This document shows, piece after piece, positions 38,501-51,059 of a DNA stretch of 64,000 nucleotides; position 1 is the stretch's first letter, and the number at the start of each line of letters is the position of its first letter. Origin of the DNA: Lingula anatina (Eukaryota; Animalia; Brachiopoda). Position numbers and translations under genes: made by a program. Under the pieces are notes generated by a model, which was given only the letters and a program-made list of their open reading frames with translations, was not told where the DNA came from and ran no database searches. The stretch is from assembly GCA_051362555.1 (NCBI GenBank), contig CM120647.1, positions 8,742,001 to 8,806,000 on the forward strand. Direction: 5' to 3'.

Positions 38501-41500
38501 ATCACCCCAAACGCTGGGACCCTGTTGCTAAGTGACCGCACCAAGTGAGGATTTTTCGTGTGGTGCTGTACGATTTTGTCAACAAAACTGGAGTCTGTGG
38601 CACGTGGGAACTTTGTCTCCTCATCCAGCAAGGAGAAAATACCCACAGGCTTCTGATTGGTAGAAAATACAGATACATATAAGTTCGAATAGAAGTATAA
38701 AGGGCATTCTATTAAAATTTAAATGTTTAAAATGTTGGACCTGAATGAATAAATTAATAAATTAATTAATATGCAGTTGCATTTATTAATACCTTAATAA
38801 ACAAAAAAAAAATAAATAAATATATATGTTCACCTCCAGAAAAAGCTCTAGCAAAGGCCAATTATTGGTAAACTCTATGTTAATCTCTTTCAGCCCCTCC
38901 TTATCGTATTCTTCCAACTCCCAGGCGAAGATGTGCTGGTTGAAGTAATACTGGAGCTGCTCATTGGCCACGTTTATACACAGCTGCTCGAAACTATTTG
39001 CCTCGAAGTTTTCAAACCCTGCAATGTCTAGAATTCCAATTTTGGGACCTGGGCTGGACCTGAAAGAAGTTAACATGGTCAGACTTATATAAAACTTATC
39101 ATTTCTTTAATATAATATATGTTAACAATAAATTAACTATTAATTTACAACTCATGTCTATAAACGATAATTATAATTCAACTCATATATTATATTATAA
39201 TTCAACTCATATATTATACTTTCTGTTACTGTAATAATAATAATAATAATAATAATTAGAATAACAATAATAATTAGAATAATCATATGAATAACATGAA
39301 TAAAAATTTGAGACATTTTTGAGATACAGAACATCTATACTCACTTGTAATCAGGACCTGGTTTCAGAAGGACATTAATTTGGCGTACAATCCAACCAAA
39401 GAGGCGGGCATACAGGGCTTTGGCAAGAGCGTCACGGCCATCACTTGCTTGTTCCAAATTTTTCAGACTGACAATCTTTTCTCCTGAAGTGAAATGATAG
39501 TCTTCATTGTTTAAAAATTCAATTTCATTTCACTGGCATTCAGCAAGACAAGACTCCCTTAGAAAACTACTCAATTAAAGATAAAAATCCTTCCAAAATT
39601 CAAAATATTCCGAAACCAAAATATAAATGACTTCGAAAATGCATTTTTATTATTTTCAAAACACATCTACATCCACATTGACCTAAAATGAGGTTGTTGG
39701 CACTGTATAACATTACAAAAGACCAAAAAAGGTTGAAGAACATGTGTGAGGTGGGGTCCACTTTGCAGCAGTACGGTGAAAATCTATACACTGGAGTAAT
39801 GCCACGTAGCACTAGCTAGTCTGCCATCATTTGTGACCTAACTCTCCTCAAAATCTCACAAAATCTTGCTTGATTTTAATATAGATTGCAAACTATTTTA
39901 TTATTCCCATTAAAGAGGATGCCATCACTTACCCCTGAGCCAGGAGACCTTGGATATCAACACTGATGCCAGTTCTTCTGGGTTCACTCCAAGAAGCTGA
40001 GCCACTAAAATAATATCAATTATATTTTAAAATTTCTCCCCCCATAAATCAAGAAAATAATTTGTTCAGGGTGGTTGGGGTGGGGGTGGAATGGTAGTTT
40101 AATCAAATGACTGAAAAAAAAAAGAGGCGAAATTTCATTATTAATAACTTGAAGAATGGTTGTAGAAATTGCAATTTTTAGTTGGTTATAATCCCTGACA
40201 ATCTTTACTGAGGTGGATTTTCAACTTCAGCAACTAAAACAATATAAAATATCATTTTAAATTCCACAAATATAATTTCTCTGTTGGGTCAGTAACAATT
40301 TGCTCCAGACCAAAAAATATAATCAGGAGACACGAGTGTGATTTTTTAGATTCTTCAAAGTTAAATGCACATTAAGCTAGCTAATTTTCTTTGCTGAAAC
40401 TTATTTTCTGTAGTCGTATCAGGATTTATAGGAAAGTTTTACAGATGAAAATTAACTTAGCAGTGAGTAATTGGTGGAGGGGAGCTGTTAAACAGCCCTT
40501 GGTAATTATAAACTGAATGAAAAGATGTTAACTTTATATCAACATCTGTTGAAATCCCAGTGTAATCAGTTACACACAAATATGTATAATGACATTTACA
40601 TTCAACTACCACAGAAAATATAAGATGCTGTGAATAATTGTACCATGTACTGTAATATGTTAATTGTAACTGCAACAGATAGCTTTAAGTAAAATACGAA
40701 ACAAATTAAAACACATCTTACGAAAGCATAAATAACAGTCTGCATATCACAAAAGCATGCAAGAAACGTCCCCACCAATTTTTTTCCTGCCTACAAGTGT
40801 GTCGACTATAAAACAAGGTTTAAAGACAAGGAAACACATGACAGTCATGACCACTCAATGAACTGTAATATTTCTTGAAAATTGAAGTTCCTCATGCCCT
40901 AGGTACCAAACAGAACAGCAGAACACATTATGCTCCATTATACGGGCACACAGAGACCTTATACAGAGAAAAAGGTAATATTGCAGCATACCAAGTACAA
41001 CATGATGTGTTCACAATGGGAATAACTTAGAATAGAACTGTCTGAAATTGCCTAAAAACACAGGTTGTTAAAAGCTTCATTTTTAAAAATTTTTTTCTAA
41101 AGGTGTGGGATTCTGTTCGATTATTTGCTGATGATCTTTAGCATTTTGTTTAAAGGGTCTAAATTAGTCCCAATGTGAACATGATAATAAAAATATATCA
41201 ACCGGAAAATATCCAAGTACCAAAACAAAGACAGGAATAGAATATAGGCAAATCATACACCCAGCAAACACAATAATACGCTAAACTGCACTTGAAAACA
41301 CATTATATATGTATAATTAATATTTTTAAATCTACATTGCACCAGTCATACCAATCATATGAGCCTCCTTAATATGGGTGGATGCAGAAAATGTGACGGG
41401 GGAGAAAAACGAGCCCAAAATCCATATTCCAATATACCTTTTACCAAGGACATACCCATCAAAAATACCCCCACACCAACAAAATCCTACCTCCTGCTTA

Positions 41501-41811
41501 TAAAACATATTTCCATAGATATTTTGAAAGTCAGTCCACAAGGTATTTTAATAAGGGTCAAGGTCAATCCACAAGGTCAAAAATAAAGGTCAATGTCAGG
41601 TCATAGAAAAGAAGAAGACAGACATTTTCATCGATTATTGAAATATTTCTCAACTAAAAAGGACCAAATGAATGAAAAAATAACTTATACATAAGCAAAT
41701 TAAAAGCACAAGCTTGTAAAGCATCTAAAACACAAAATTAATTTGATTATAATTACACATGAAAATAAGAAGGCAAAATGACAAACAGGTCATAATCAAG
41801 ACCAAACAAAT

Positions 41812-41888
<77 letters not shown>

Positions 41889-44499
41889 CATTAAAAAACA
41901 GTCTTTTTAACAATAACTGACTGAATGGGGCAAGCGCTATTGCACTATTATATGCAACTGCTAAACATGTTAGCTTCAAAATGCTAACTTTGCCATGCAA
42001 TTTTCCTAAGTAACAACTGATGTGTTTTATTCATCTACCGATTGTTTGGTAATACTATATGAATGCTTTGATTGCACTATTTAAGATATTTGATGCAAGT
42101 TCTTACTGTGTCTGATTTATAAGGTGATTTTTGTTGACTGTGTCTGATGTGACTGCCAATTGTGTTGGGTGTGACTGCCAATTGTGTTGGGTGTGACTGT
42201 TGATTGTGTTGGGTATGACTACTGATTGTGCTAGATGTGACTGCCAATTGTGTTGGGTGTGACTTCTGATTGTGTTGGGTATGACTGATTGCGTTAGCTG
42301 TGACAACACATTGCTACAGGTGATCTCCCCTTACCTATGTCTAGTATAACTTCATCTACAATGTATACACCATCAGTATCTGGGTCTTGGGCAAATTGTA
42401 TATCTCCCAAGTGAAGGACTGCAGCAAGTAGAGCAAACACCATGTCTATGTCCTGTAATAAAAAGTGGGATTTTTAAAACTAAGAATTAGTAAAAACATG
42501 AACATGTTTATCATTTTCTTTTCAAATTACCATGTACGTTGCTCTGGTCATTCTTTCAAAATAGCCAAAAACGTTGTCAATGTTTTTATCAGTGTGTGAT
42601 ATATGGTAAATATATACATATGAAAGGCCAAAATTTTCTACTTATCCACTTCTGAGAATTAAATTTTCAAACTTATAAAATTACAGTTTTTATTTTGTTA
42701 AGTTGTTTTACTTAAATGCTACAAAAATGTGATTTAACAAGATTTGTTTATATATAAATATGTGAAAACTTGATGCATTAAAATGTCTGTTGATAATGCT
42801 GAAAATTATGATGCCAAAGATTACACTATAATAAATAACATTCAGTTCAAAAAATTATTTAGAAATTTAAGTGATGTTATTGCTGTAGATTTTTTTGCAT
42901 ATAGAGATGTTTTGATTGAAAAGGATATCATAACTATTGCCTTGTTTTGTAATAATTATTATTTCATGCAAAGGATGAAAACCATGTGCAACAACAATTA
43001 GTAAAGTCTAACCAAATTCATGCTAAAATATCAACAATGAATTAAAGAAATATTATGTTCCATTCTTTATTAAGAAACTGAAAGATGTAAAGTTGGGGTG
43101 CATAATTAACTTGAAAATGTCAAATCAAAGAAATGTGTTAGCCTTATTATAAAACAACATTGCAGGTGGTTCTTGCACATTTAAATGAACACAATATTTG
43201 CTTTATTCAGTAAATAAAAAGGTGAATGGATGAAATATAATTGAAGTGTTAACCTTTTTGGTTTGGCTAGGTTTGACCTGGAAACAAACAACTTATCAAT
43301 CAACTGATCTGCGGGAATTAATGTACATCAGGTGACAATAAAATTGTGATACTGAGAATAGTGTAACCTTGACACTGAAAGTCATGTGACAATGTGACCT
43401 TGACACAAGATGTCATGTGATTATCTGACCTTGACATTGGATGCTTTGGCACTGTCCCAATCAATGTAACGATACTTGTCCAAGATAGTGTTCTTAATTC
43501 AATATAGACATTAAAATTAAACAATTAACAGAATCTATTGACAATTTTATTTCACTAGGTTTTTTTACATATTTGAAATCTCTTAAAATGGAAAATCAGC
43601 TGTATGCTATGCAATTATATAAATATTTTGAACAAATCAAAGACCTAAAATCTGCTTCTGCTTAGCTTTATTATCATATCACCAAGAACTTTACTTACTG
43701 AGGAAGTATAATATTCCTTTGGGTTGCATATGAGGAAAGTATCATAAATTGCAGTAAATTTCAACGTTACCCAAACATTAAGATTTACATTATATTAGAA
43801 AGGAAGGATGAGTACTTTTTTAAAAATTAAATTCACAATGTGTTAGGTGCAACAACAATAACACAATCACTTACATTACAAGCACACAGCATAATTAGTT
43901 ACACAATACCACATATATATGTGACAAACTAATCTAAAGGACATTCAGAAACCCTAAACAGCTACATGGCTTAAAGCTTTCACTTTTTAGCCTAACAGCC
44001 CTTCAAAAACACCAACAACTAAGAAGTCTTGCTTTGATGGCAACTTATTTTTTATCCTTATGCCCCTTTTTCCAGATTTGACAAAATTGTGGATATGTTA
44101 AATGTAATTCATAAGAGACTATTTCTTGCATATGGACATATGGGTTTATTTAAGCTTTTCCTGTTCAGGTCCTTTCTATATAATGCTACAAATAGCAATA
44201 CAAATCTCCTACTTGAAGCCAATTGTGTTAGTTGTGACAAAAGCACAATCTTAGCACAACCTACCTCAGATTGGAAGCCCACAAGTTGCATGATAAGTTT
44301 GAGGTGTTCCAGCATATCCACACAGTACTTGTAGTGTGCATCGCTCCAGTAGAGGGCACTGCCGTCAACAGAAGACAAAATTCTGAAGTAGATGTGGTTG
44401 AAATATGTATTAGCAAGTGGTAAATGTGGTTTTATGTTTAGATATGGAGTATATGTGGTTGTCAATGATTAATATTGTAAAAAATATGGGTTCAGTGAC

Positions 44500-44530
<31 letters not shown>

Positions 44531-47500
44531 TCTGAAATGTGTCAGGGTTAGTGGTAAATATGGTTGAATAAACTTCTACAAATTTTTATGGTATATGTGG
44601 TTAAAAGTTATTCTAAAAAATGTATCAGTAAGTACTGAATATGGTGGGTGGAACAAGTTTCTAATTTGTAGGCCTTGTTGACTTTAAATTCAAATAAGCA
44701 AATGGAAAAAACAATTTTGGCAAAAACTTGTTTTTTGTCAGAGAAATATAAAAATCAATGAAATTAGCTGCTGAGAATAGAGCCAAAAATAACATATGAA
44801 AAATATGTTTTGTGTGTAAGAGTTATTTCGTCTGATATAAAAGAATGACCATGTGAACTTATGTGCTAAATCCACTTGACAGAAAGAATGAAGGGAACAA
44901 CATAAAGTAATTACTGGAAATTCAATTCACCTGTGTTTTTCTGGTTTGTCAAGGAGATAGTTCTTCAATTCTTCTCTGTCAAGCCCAGCAAACATGTAAT
45001 AAAAGATATGGAAATTCTTCTCTCCCACTCCCTGGCTAACCACTCTAGACTTCTCCAGGAGATAGTCATCAATTTGAGCTGAAATTATTAAAAAGTAGAT
45101 GAAGAAAATATATCATTCAAAATATCTAAAATATCATTAATTTATGTTTAACTAAAAAAAAAAGAATGTAATGCTGCTATTTCACAAAAAAATTCAAAAA
45201 TTTGTTGCATTTACTTATATCTTTAAAGTAACACACATTATATCATATATTTTGTGAAATCAAATAAAGGAGCAGTGAAAAGTTTCATACAAATAGAAAT
45301 GTTCGTGTCTAAATATCAAATATCTGGTACACAAAAAAAGAAAGAAAGAAAAGAAAAAATAAAATTTCCTGGGCTCTGTATCTCGAAAGGTTCGCTATGT
45401 TGCGCACGTGCGCAAGTGTCTCGATTCCATAACCGATTCTATTTCGAGATACAGGGCCATGAAATCGAGACACTTGCACACGTGCGCAACATAGCGAACC
45501 TTTCGAGATACGGAGCCCTGGTCTCCATGGTATTATCTCAGGTCAACAAGTACAAATTTCTGCCAAGAGACACCTGTACTACTCACCTCCGACCACCCTT
45601 CCATCTCGGGTGAAGAACAACTCTATAAACTTTCCAAACCGGCTGGAATTGTTGTTCACTGTAGTTCTGGCATTGCCAAATGCTTCCAACAGTGGGTTAA
45701 CCTGAAATAAGATAAAATCATACATCTTGACTTTATTATGGCATAATGTGCTGAAAAACACAACATTTATATGTGAAACAAGTGATTTGCATGCCCTATA
45801 ACAAGTTTTGAGTTAAAACTTTGAGTTAAAACTTTCTTGCAAGTTCAAATCCTTGCCTAAATGTAAAAAGCCTTAAAATCAACAAAGTCAGTCACTCTCT
45901 TTTTACTCCCCCCATCCCTCCACAGCCTCCTATTCCCTTGACCTTTTTTCCAAAACTACTTTCTGAAAGTAGGCAACCCAGTACATTATTCTATTCTGTT
46001 CTCCCTCTTCCCCTCTACTAAAAGCAAATTTAAATACCCATGTTCCACCTATCCAAACTTCTTGATTACTTTTTTACAATAAGAAACAATAACAAATATT
46101 TCTTAACTAATTACAAATCATTTAAATTGGATGTGTTGAATGTCAGATATAACAGATTACTAGCAATTCCAAATGCCCGTGCTTACCTCTACTATACGCT
46201 CATGGAGATTACTGCCACAGTTCTTACAAAGCTGTATGATGTGTTTTACCATTAATTTGGTGCTTTCTGTCTTTCCTGAAAAATGACAGCAGAAAATCAT
46301 CTTTTCTACTTACAGAAAAGGAGGAAGAGGATAGAGAGGTAGGTGTACTGGAAATAAAACAGCGTTTTCAAATTTTCAAACAAAAATCTATACAATTCCT
46401 CAAATGTAATAACCGACCACAAAAAAAATTACCATCAAGCATATTGTGCTGCCATCTATCTGTGGGCACTCAGCCTACATGCGCCATCTATATGTGAAAA
46501 TCTTAACTACCTGCACCAGACTCTCCACTGACCACACAACACTGGTCATTTCCTGAGCGTATCATCTGCTGGAATGCCTTGTCAGCAATGGCGTAGATAT
46601 GTGGTGGATGCTGAGACCGTACCTTTATGTCACAGTATTTTTCTGAGATCTGAAAAAAAATGTGATCATCTATTAGGATAGGCATTGTTGTTGTAAAAAA
46701 ATGAAGATATAATATTCATAAATTTTTATTTATTACTAGAATTTATCTGAAAATATCGATGTCAAAGTACTTTTATAAGCTTATAAAAATATAAAGAACT
46801 CTTTAGTATTCTTTGCCATATGACTAAAACAGAAATACAATTCATATATGTTTATCTTCTACTTAATATGTAGTCCTCATTCTTTGAAATGGCTCATTTA
46901 GTTTTAATAAAGGATACTGTAATTTTAAAATACTTGTAATACCTGAAATCTTAAAATTCTTCATACTAATGGTGTATGAAACCTTTTAGATATATTCATT
47001 ATGTCTTACCTGTGGGGTGTAGATTGGAAGCGCCTTGTAAGGATTCACCGCAATCAGGATGTCTCCAACATAGGTCTGAAATATCGGAATGAAATCAGTT
47101 TTAAAACACAAAAAGATGTCTTTGGGGGCTTGCATGCCCCCTCCTTAAAAAATGACATATTCAGCCCCTTTCACCACCAACCCCACACCTGCTAGCTCCC
47201 AACAAGAGAGAAAACAGCATTTTTCATATTAAAACCCACTAGAGAGATGAGACCCCAAAATAGGGATATATATATGGAGGGATTTTGTAGGTGGCCTATG
47301 TTCTAAGAGGGGAAATAGACATAACTAAGAAAAAATTATATAAATTTCATTTATATATGAATCCTACAAAGTCTGCTATTGCTGTGAAAAGAAAGCAGCA
47401 AAGCCATAAAACTTTTTAAATAAATAAATAAATCTATACCACTTATTTGAGAAGAATGATTTCAGTTCCCAATACTTACATATATAACGCCTCTGCTGTA

Positions 47501-47587
47501 GCGTATCCTCAGCTCAGCCAATAGGATTCTCTCATCCAATTCATTGAGGCTGGCAAGGTCATCGATCAAACCTGTCCCAGGATTCAT
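11728..47587 (-). CDS. Unconventional myosin (class-III-like motor without kinase domain) fused to an Expansion/Rebuf-like MH2 domain, about 1445 aa, 30 coding exons
   Basis: Exons in transcript order, all GT-AG and phase-compatible, 4338 nt in total: 47587-47480, 47075-47010, 46649-46511, 46275-46187, 45701-45587, 45078-44931, 44382-44265, 42452-42335, 40004-39933, 39483-39345, 39059-38834, 38652-38485, 38179-38034, 37510-37400, 36994-36928, 36727-36672, 36201-36052, 35619-35508, 35190-34939, 31307-30679, 30091-29945, 21324-21207, 20849-20692, 20103-20031, 19270-19112, 18673-18481, 18117-18041, 17496-17370, 13914-13807, 11876-11728 (TAG). The joint 29945/21324 is phase 2 to phase 2 (VDK-R-NMYP). 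Confidence 0.82.
12136..12216. repeat. (TG)n microsatellite
   Basis: Direct observation. Confidence 0.9.
14725..14967. mobile_element. Old MITE with ~30-bp imperfect TIRs (Harbinger-like GGCC ends)
   Basis: GGCCTTTTTAACACTGAGTGGTATACTTTAG ... CTAAAGTATACCGCTTGATGTGAAAATGGCC. The TSD is not preserved. Confidence 0.55.
15240..16302. repeat. Diverged tandem repeat, period ~340 bp, just over 3 units
   Basis: The motif GG(T)CTTCA.GCCC..GG...AGTCACACCTTGAAAATGCC recurs at about 15241, 15579, 15912 and 16252. Confidence 0.7.
16303..17292 (+). mobile_element. Helentron-associated/pearl-like element with internal ~160-bp satellite, (GACGGC)n tract and 3' hairpin
   Basis: Near-identical ~160-bp units start at 16711, 16871 and 17030. 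A (GACGGC)n tract spans about 17170-17240. A perfect 13-bp stem ATGTACAGACACA-TC-TGTGTCTGTACAT (17260-17287) is followed by an A run. The left boundary is approximate. Confidence 0.7.
17780..18030. repeat. Minisatellite, ~23-bp unit (GGTGTGACAATGACATTG core)
   Basis: Direct observation of repeated units. Confidence 0.8.
18481..21324 (-). CDS. Expansion/Rebuf-like atypical Smad MH2 domain exons (22-26)
   Basis: Spliced product [90 protein letters not shown]...[57 protein letters not shown]. It has the MH2 hallmarks (WC, TVDG, HIGKGV, FD, SFV, TPCWI) with features recalled for Exp/Reb. Confidence 0.88.
19758..19950. repeat. Tandem repeat, ~62-bp unit x3
   Basis: GAAATGGCAGAGAAATGCTGATAAAAGAGAAATT...CAGAAAC repeated. 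Confidence 0.8.
23484..24418. mobile_element. Foldback non-autonomous DNA transposon: 429-bp TIRs, 77-bp spacer, 8-bp TSD (hAT/P/MULE-like)
   Basis: Arms 23484-23912 and 23990-24418 are reverse complements with about 3 mismatches by eye. The termini are CA...TG. The TSD ATCAGGGA is at 23476-23483 and 24419-24426. Confidence 0.92.
25951..27003. repeat. Diverged tandem duplication, two units ~590 bp apart
   Basis: CCCCTATTT.AGCGC.TATTCCTG.CTGCGTTAATTA...ACGCAGGAG.GATGAT.GCTAC.CTTACCAACGGT occurs at about 25990-26090 and 26589-26688, and the similarity continues through both units. Confidence 0.75.
29724..29768. repeat. (GA)n microsatellite
   Basis: Direct observation. Confidence 0.9.
29945..35190 (-). 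CDS. Converter/IQ neck, charged helix and low-complexity linker exons (19-21) of the myosin
   Basis: Exon 35190-34939 encodes VFLKYWH and the IQ motif [14 protein letters not shown]. Exon 31307-30679 encodes an E/K/R/Q-rich helix followed by an H/N/Q/Y-rich linker. Exon 30091-29945 is open in the expected phase. Confidence 0.9.
31980..32055. repeat. Compound (CT)n(CA)n microsatellite
   Basis: Direct observation. Confidence 0.9.
35508..47587 (-). CDS. Myosin motor domain exons (1-18) of the myosin-MH2 gene
   Basis: The motifs [34 protein letters not shown]-loop [18 protein letters not shown], switch [43 protein letters not shown], switch [37 protein letters not shown] and FVRCIKPN...QLRYTGVLE are all intact. 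Confidence 0.96.
41813..41886. repeat. (GT)n microsatellite
   Basis: Direct observation. Confidence 0.9.
42135..42320. repeat. Minisatellite, ~22-bp unit (TGTGTTGGGTGTGACTGCCAAT)
   Basis: Direct observation of repeated units. Confidence 0.8.
45372..45517. mobile_element. Palindromic Harbinger-like MITE with CTG (CWG) TSD
   Basis: Near-perfect inverted arms of ~55 bp, GGCTCTGTATCTCGAAAGGTTCGCTATGTTGCGCACGTG... and ...CACGTGCGCAACATAGCGAACCTTTCGAGATACGGAGCC. CTG flanks both sides (45369-45371, 45518-45520). Confidence 0.8.
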
Positions 47588-47720
47588 TACTGTTTTTATC
47601 CTAGCAACAGTTCTTATGGCCGCGTTTCACTTGTTTCTGTTATTTGTTGAGGTTTATAATTGGCAAATTTGTTCATTTATCCAGTAGTATATCCATATTA
47701 CAATTGACCTGGTTTACAAC
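47588..47720 (-). other. 5' UTR part of the first coding exon of the myosin gene
   Basis: Acceptor TTTTTTCAG immediately before 47720. There is an in-frame TGA upstream of the ATG at 47587 and an out-of-frame 20-aa uORF at 47676-47614. Confidence 0.6.
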
Positions 47721-49514
47721 CTGAAAAAATGAATATTACCGAATGAATATATGTCCTTTAAATCTTCATTTAGACAGAATACAATAAAAATATAGTTAGA
47801 AAATCAAGAAACTTATTGCAATTCTAATATGTCTTTAATTACAAGCACTTCCAAAATGCATAGAGATTTTTAAAAAACTGGAAAAATTGCTAATAAAAAG
47901 AAGATTCATTTATTTCAGTTCACATTTGATGTATCAAAACTTGAATTGTCTGTATAAAGATATGTACGTATTTTGACATTTGATTTTAAATTGCACATTT
48001 GAAATAAATAAATTCTGTATTTGACTTTCTTTAACCTTACCTTAAAGGTGTGTTTTTCTTGACCTTTGGCCAGGTAATTAATTCAAACACCTGCCTTCTG
48101 TATCCTGCACAGCTTATACTTTGTCCTTAGAATGATTCTGTCCACATGAACTAGTCTACAGATCTCAAAGTATTGAAACCTGGGAATAAAGATTAACGGT
48201 TTCTATATGTTTATATACGTTTTTGCCTGTTTACTCTTACCTTATATAAGAATAAACGAATGGATGAATGAATATTATAATCTGAAAATGTAACCTCAGT
48301 ATCTACAAAATTCATAAACACTGTTTTTCAGGTGGTGATAATTCAAATCACCTGCTATTTAAGATGCACAGCTTGTCCTAACTAAGACATTTCAATCCAT
48401 AAGGTGAACATAGAATAGTTACCTAAAATATAAAGATCACAGTATCTAAAAAGATCAAACATGAATATACGTTGTTATTTTTTCCTGGTAACTATGTAAA
48501 ATATCAGATTCTGCTGCTCTTGGTGTACCACACATCATCAGATTTCAGTTATTGTCCTCAGACAAATCAGTCTTCAGAAAACAAAGAAACAATGTGAAAT
48601 GAAATACAAAGATGGTATCTGCTATTTTCCAGATTATTAGTCATCAAAGCACCTGGTTTTCTAGGTGAACTGCTCACAGATCGTCCTCGAGAAAAATAAA
48701 TTCGTTAAAGCGACAATAAAGCAATCTGACAACACTGACATCATATCCTATAACTCGCATACAATATTCTGCCTCATACTGTCAATCATAAAAAGAAATG
48801 CTGCCCAAGGTATGTACTTAAAATTATCCGAGTCCTATCTACAAGCGGAAATACAGTAATCCGAAAACAAAGAAGCATCATCTTTCAAGTTCTTTTTTTT
48901 TTTAGATAATCAATAAAAACACACACAGGTTATTCTTGAGTTTCTGCTAACACCAAGTCTATCAAATAACCAGGGTTTATGATGTTCTATGATAAATATA
49001 ACAGACACTCTGGAAAAAAAAGAAATATATGAACAAGTGAGACAGCTGGTGCTAATTGACGTTCATAATAATAAAAGGAACACAACTCATGATAGATTGG
49101 AAAACCACACGATATGAACAAAATTAATTGGTACTTCTCTCAATGCTTCTTTCACTCATCCTTTTATCAAGATAAGAACATAAAATGAATACAGGAGTTA
49201 CCCAAAATTTTCAAACACCTAATATCTTTCAAATTTTTTTCAAAAATCGTCACTATTGGTAAAACTCAAAGTAAAATATTTTCTGGTACATGAAGCCAAG
49301 TAGCTTTAAAGAATAGAAATTAAATCACATTTTTTTTAGATTTAACGAATAAAGCACTCCTTTGGAAAATATAAATCAATAAACCAATTTTGTTTGAATG
49401 AATAGGACAGTTACCGTAACAATTTCTGAGTGTCTGAACAGATGGTGCGTGCTATGTTATAATCAAACAAGAAATTTTGAAAATTGGCATTAGAACATAC
49501 TGACAGGAAACATA

Positions 49515-49729
49515 GACCCCATTTCCAGAGATTAGATCGATCTACTTTAGATTGACCTAACTCCCTTGGGGTTCACGCTAAATAGCTGTCAGCCGGGCGG
49601 ACACGAAAGTTAATTACCCCCTTACAGCTTGTAGTAGGTGGGACGGACATTTAAGACGGATTATCTGACAGTAATCTAGTGAGACTCCCCGCCGGGATAG
49701 ATCGATCTAAAAGCTCTGGGAATACAGCC
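49515..49729 (+). mobile_element. Harbinger-like MITE, family A copy 2
   Basis: Collinear with 6009-6233 and flanked by ATA/ATA. Confidence 0.85.
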
Positions 49730-50412
49730 ATAGCTGCCTTTTAATATATTTTGTCCAATTTAGCAGTGCCATCTGAGTATCTTAATTCATTCTGAAATTC
49801 CAAGAAAAATTCCAAGAAAATTTAAATAATAGAAATATGACATGATAAACCCAACGCTCTTTGGTAAAAAAAAGAAGTGAATTGTTTCTAAAGAGACGAA
49901 ACAGGAAGTCAGTCATGTGATCAAAGCCCTTTGATGGAAATTCGAAACAACATTACTAGCATGTGAAACTTTTTTTCCTTTCATTTTTCTCCATCCATCC
50001 ATGTTAAGCCGAAGTCTTCAAATGATCCATTTAAATTACAGATCACAAATGGGATCATGCAATCACTTCAATATCCACAGCTAAAGACTTTCTCTCAGGA
50101 ACAGCATCATTTCCCAGGACACCCAATCCATTTTCTAGCCCAGTCCTTAGCTTCCTTCCCTACCATAGGGGACACTTTGAAGAGAACGTAAATAGTATTA
50201 GATCAATATTTTCCCATACTCTGATCTTTCTCGCTAATGGTCTTTGTGTGTACAATCTTATGATCTTCATTTTCATGTGTGTTCAGAAAGGATCTAAATT
50301 GAAACTGAAACAGACTAATTGACATCATGAGATATCTGGATTGATGTGAGACAAGATTTAATGTTTTTTGGGTCTGAAACGAGAGAGAAAGAGAGAGTGC
50401 AGGTGTGAGTCA

Positions 50413-50414
<2 letters not shown>

Positions 50415-50475
<61 letters not shown>

Positions 50476-50499
50476 GGAGGGAGAGAGAGGGGGGGGGGG
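50415..50499. repeat. (TG)n(GA)n microsatellite with G tract
   Basis: Direct observation. Confidence 0.85.
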
Positions 50500-51059
50500 A
50501 ATAGTTTGCCTATGACTTATGATAAGTTAGAATCCATGAGAACACAACCTACGAAACAAATTTTTCCAATCTAAAAAATGTGGCATAGAGCAGTATCTTA
50601 TCATGACATCATGTCTGTCATTTTTTTCCCTTATAACACTCTGAGAGAAATTAGATACAAGTAGATCAATTTTTCCCTCTCTTTTACTCCCTTGATGAGG
50701 CCCCTAAACTGTATAATTGGCTGTGTAATGTGATTATCATCTTAGTGTTACAGTTGTGGAATAATTCTGCTGTGGCTTACCAGACATTGGGTAATTATAA
50801 GTAATAAAACTCTCTGAATGGCCTTACTGGAACAATTCTCACAACGAGAGACAAGCATGGCGCAGGTGCTAATGAGGGAATAGGGGGGGTTGGGGGGAGG
50901 AGGAGAGTAGTTTGTGGCAATTACCAATTTCTTTAGCCCACTAGCCCTTCAGAAGCTACTAGGTGACCCATAGCAGAATTATAAGTGGCCATTAACTGAT
51001 GTACAATATTTTACAAAATTTTACTTGTCTGCCTTCAGTTTTACTTGCATCTGGCATAA

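Noticed and set aside
35508-47587. Gene symbol MYO3A/MYO3B/ninaC, or a chitin synthase call
   Set aside because: I saw no kinase exons, and there is an in-frame stop before the ATG. No glycosyltransferase motifs (EDR, QRRRW) or TM clusters occur downstream.
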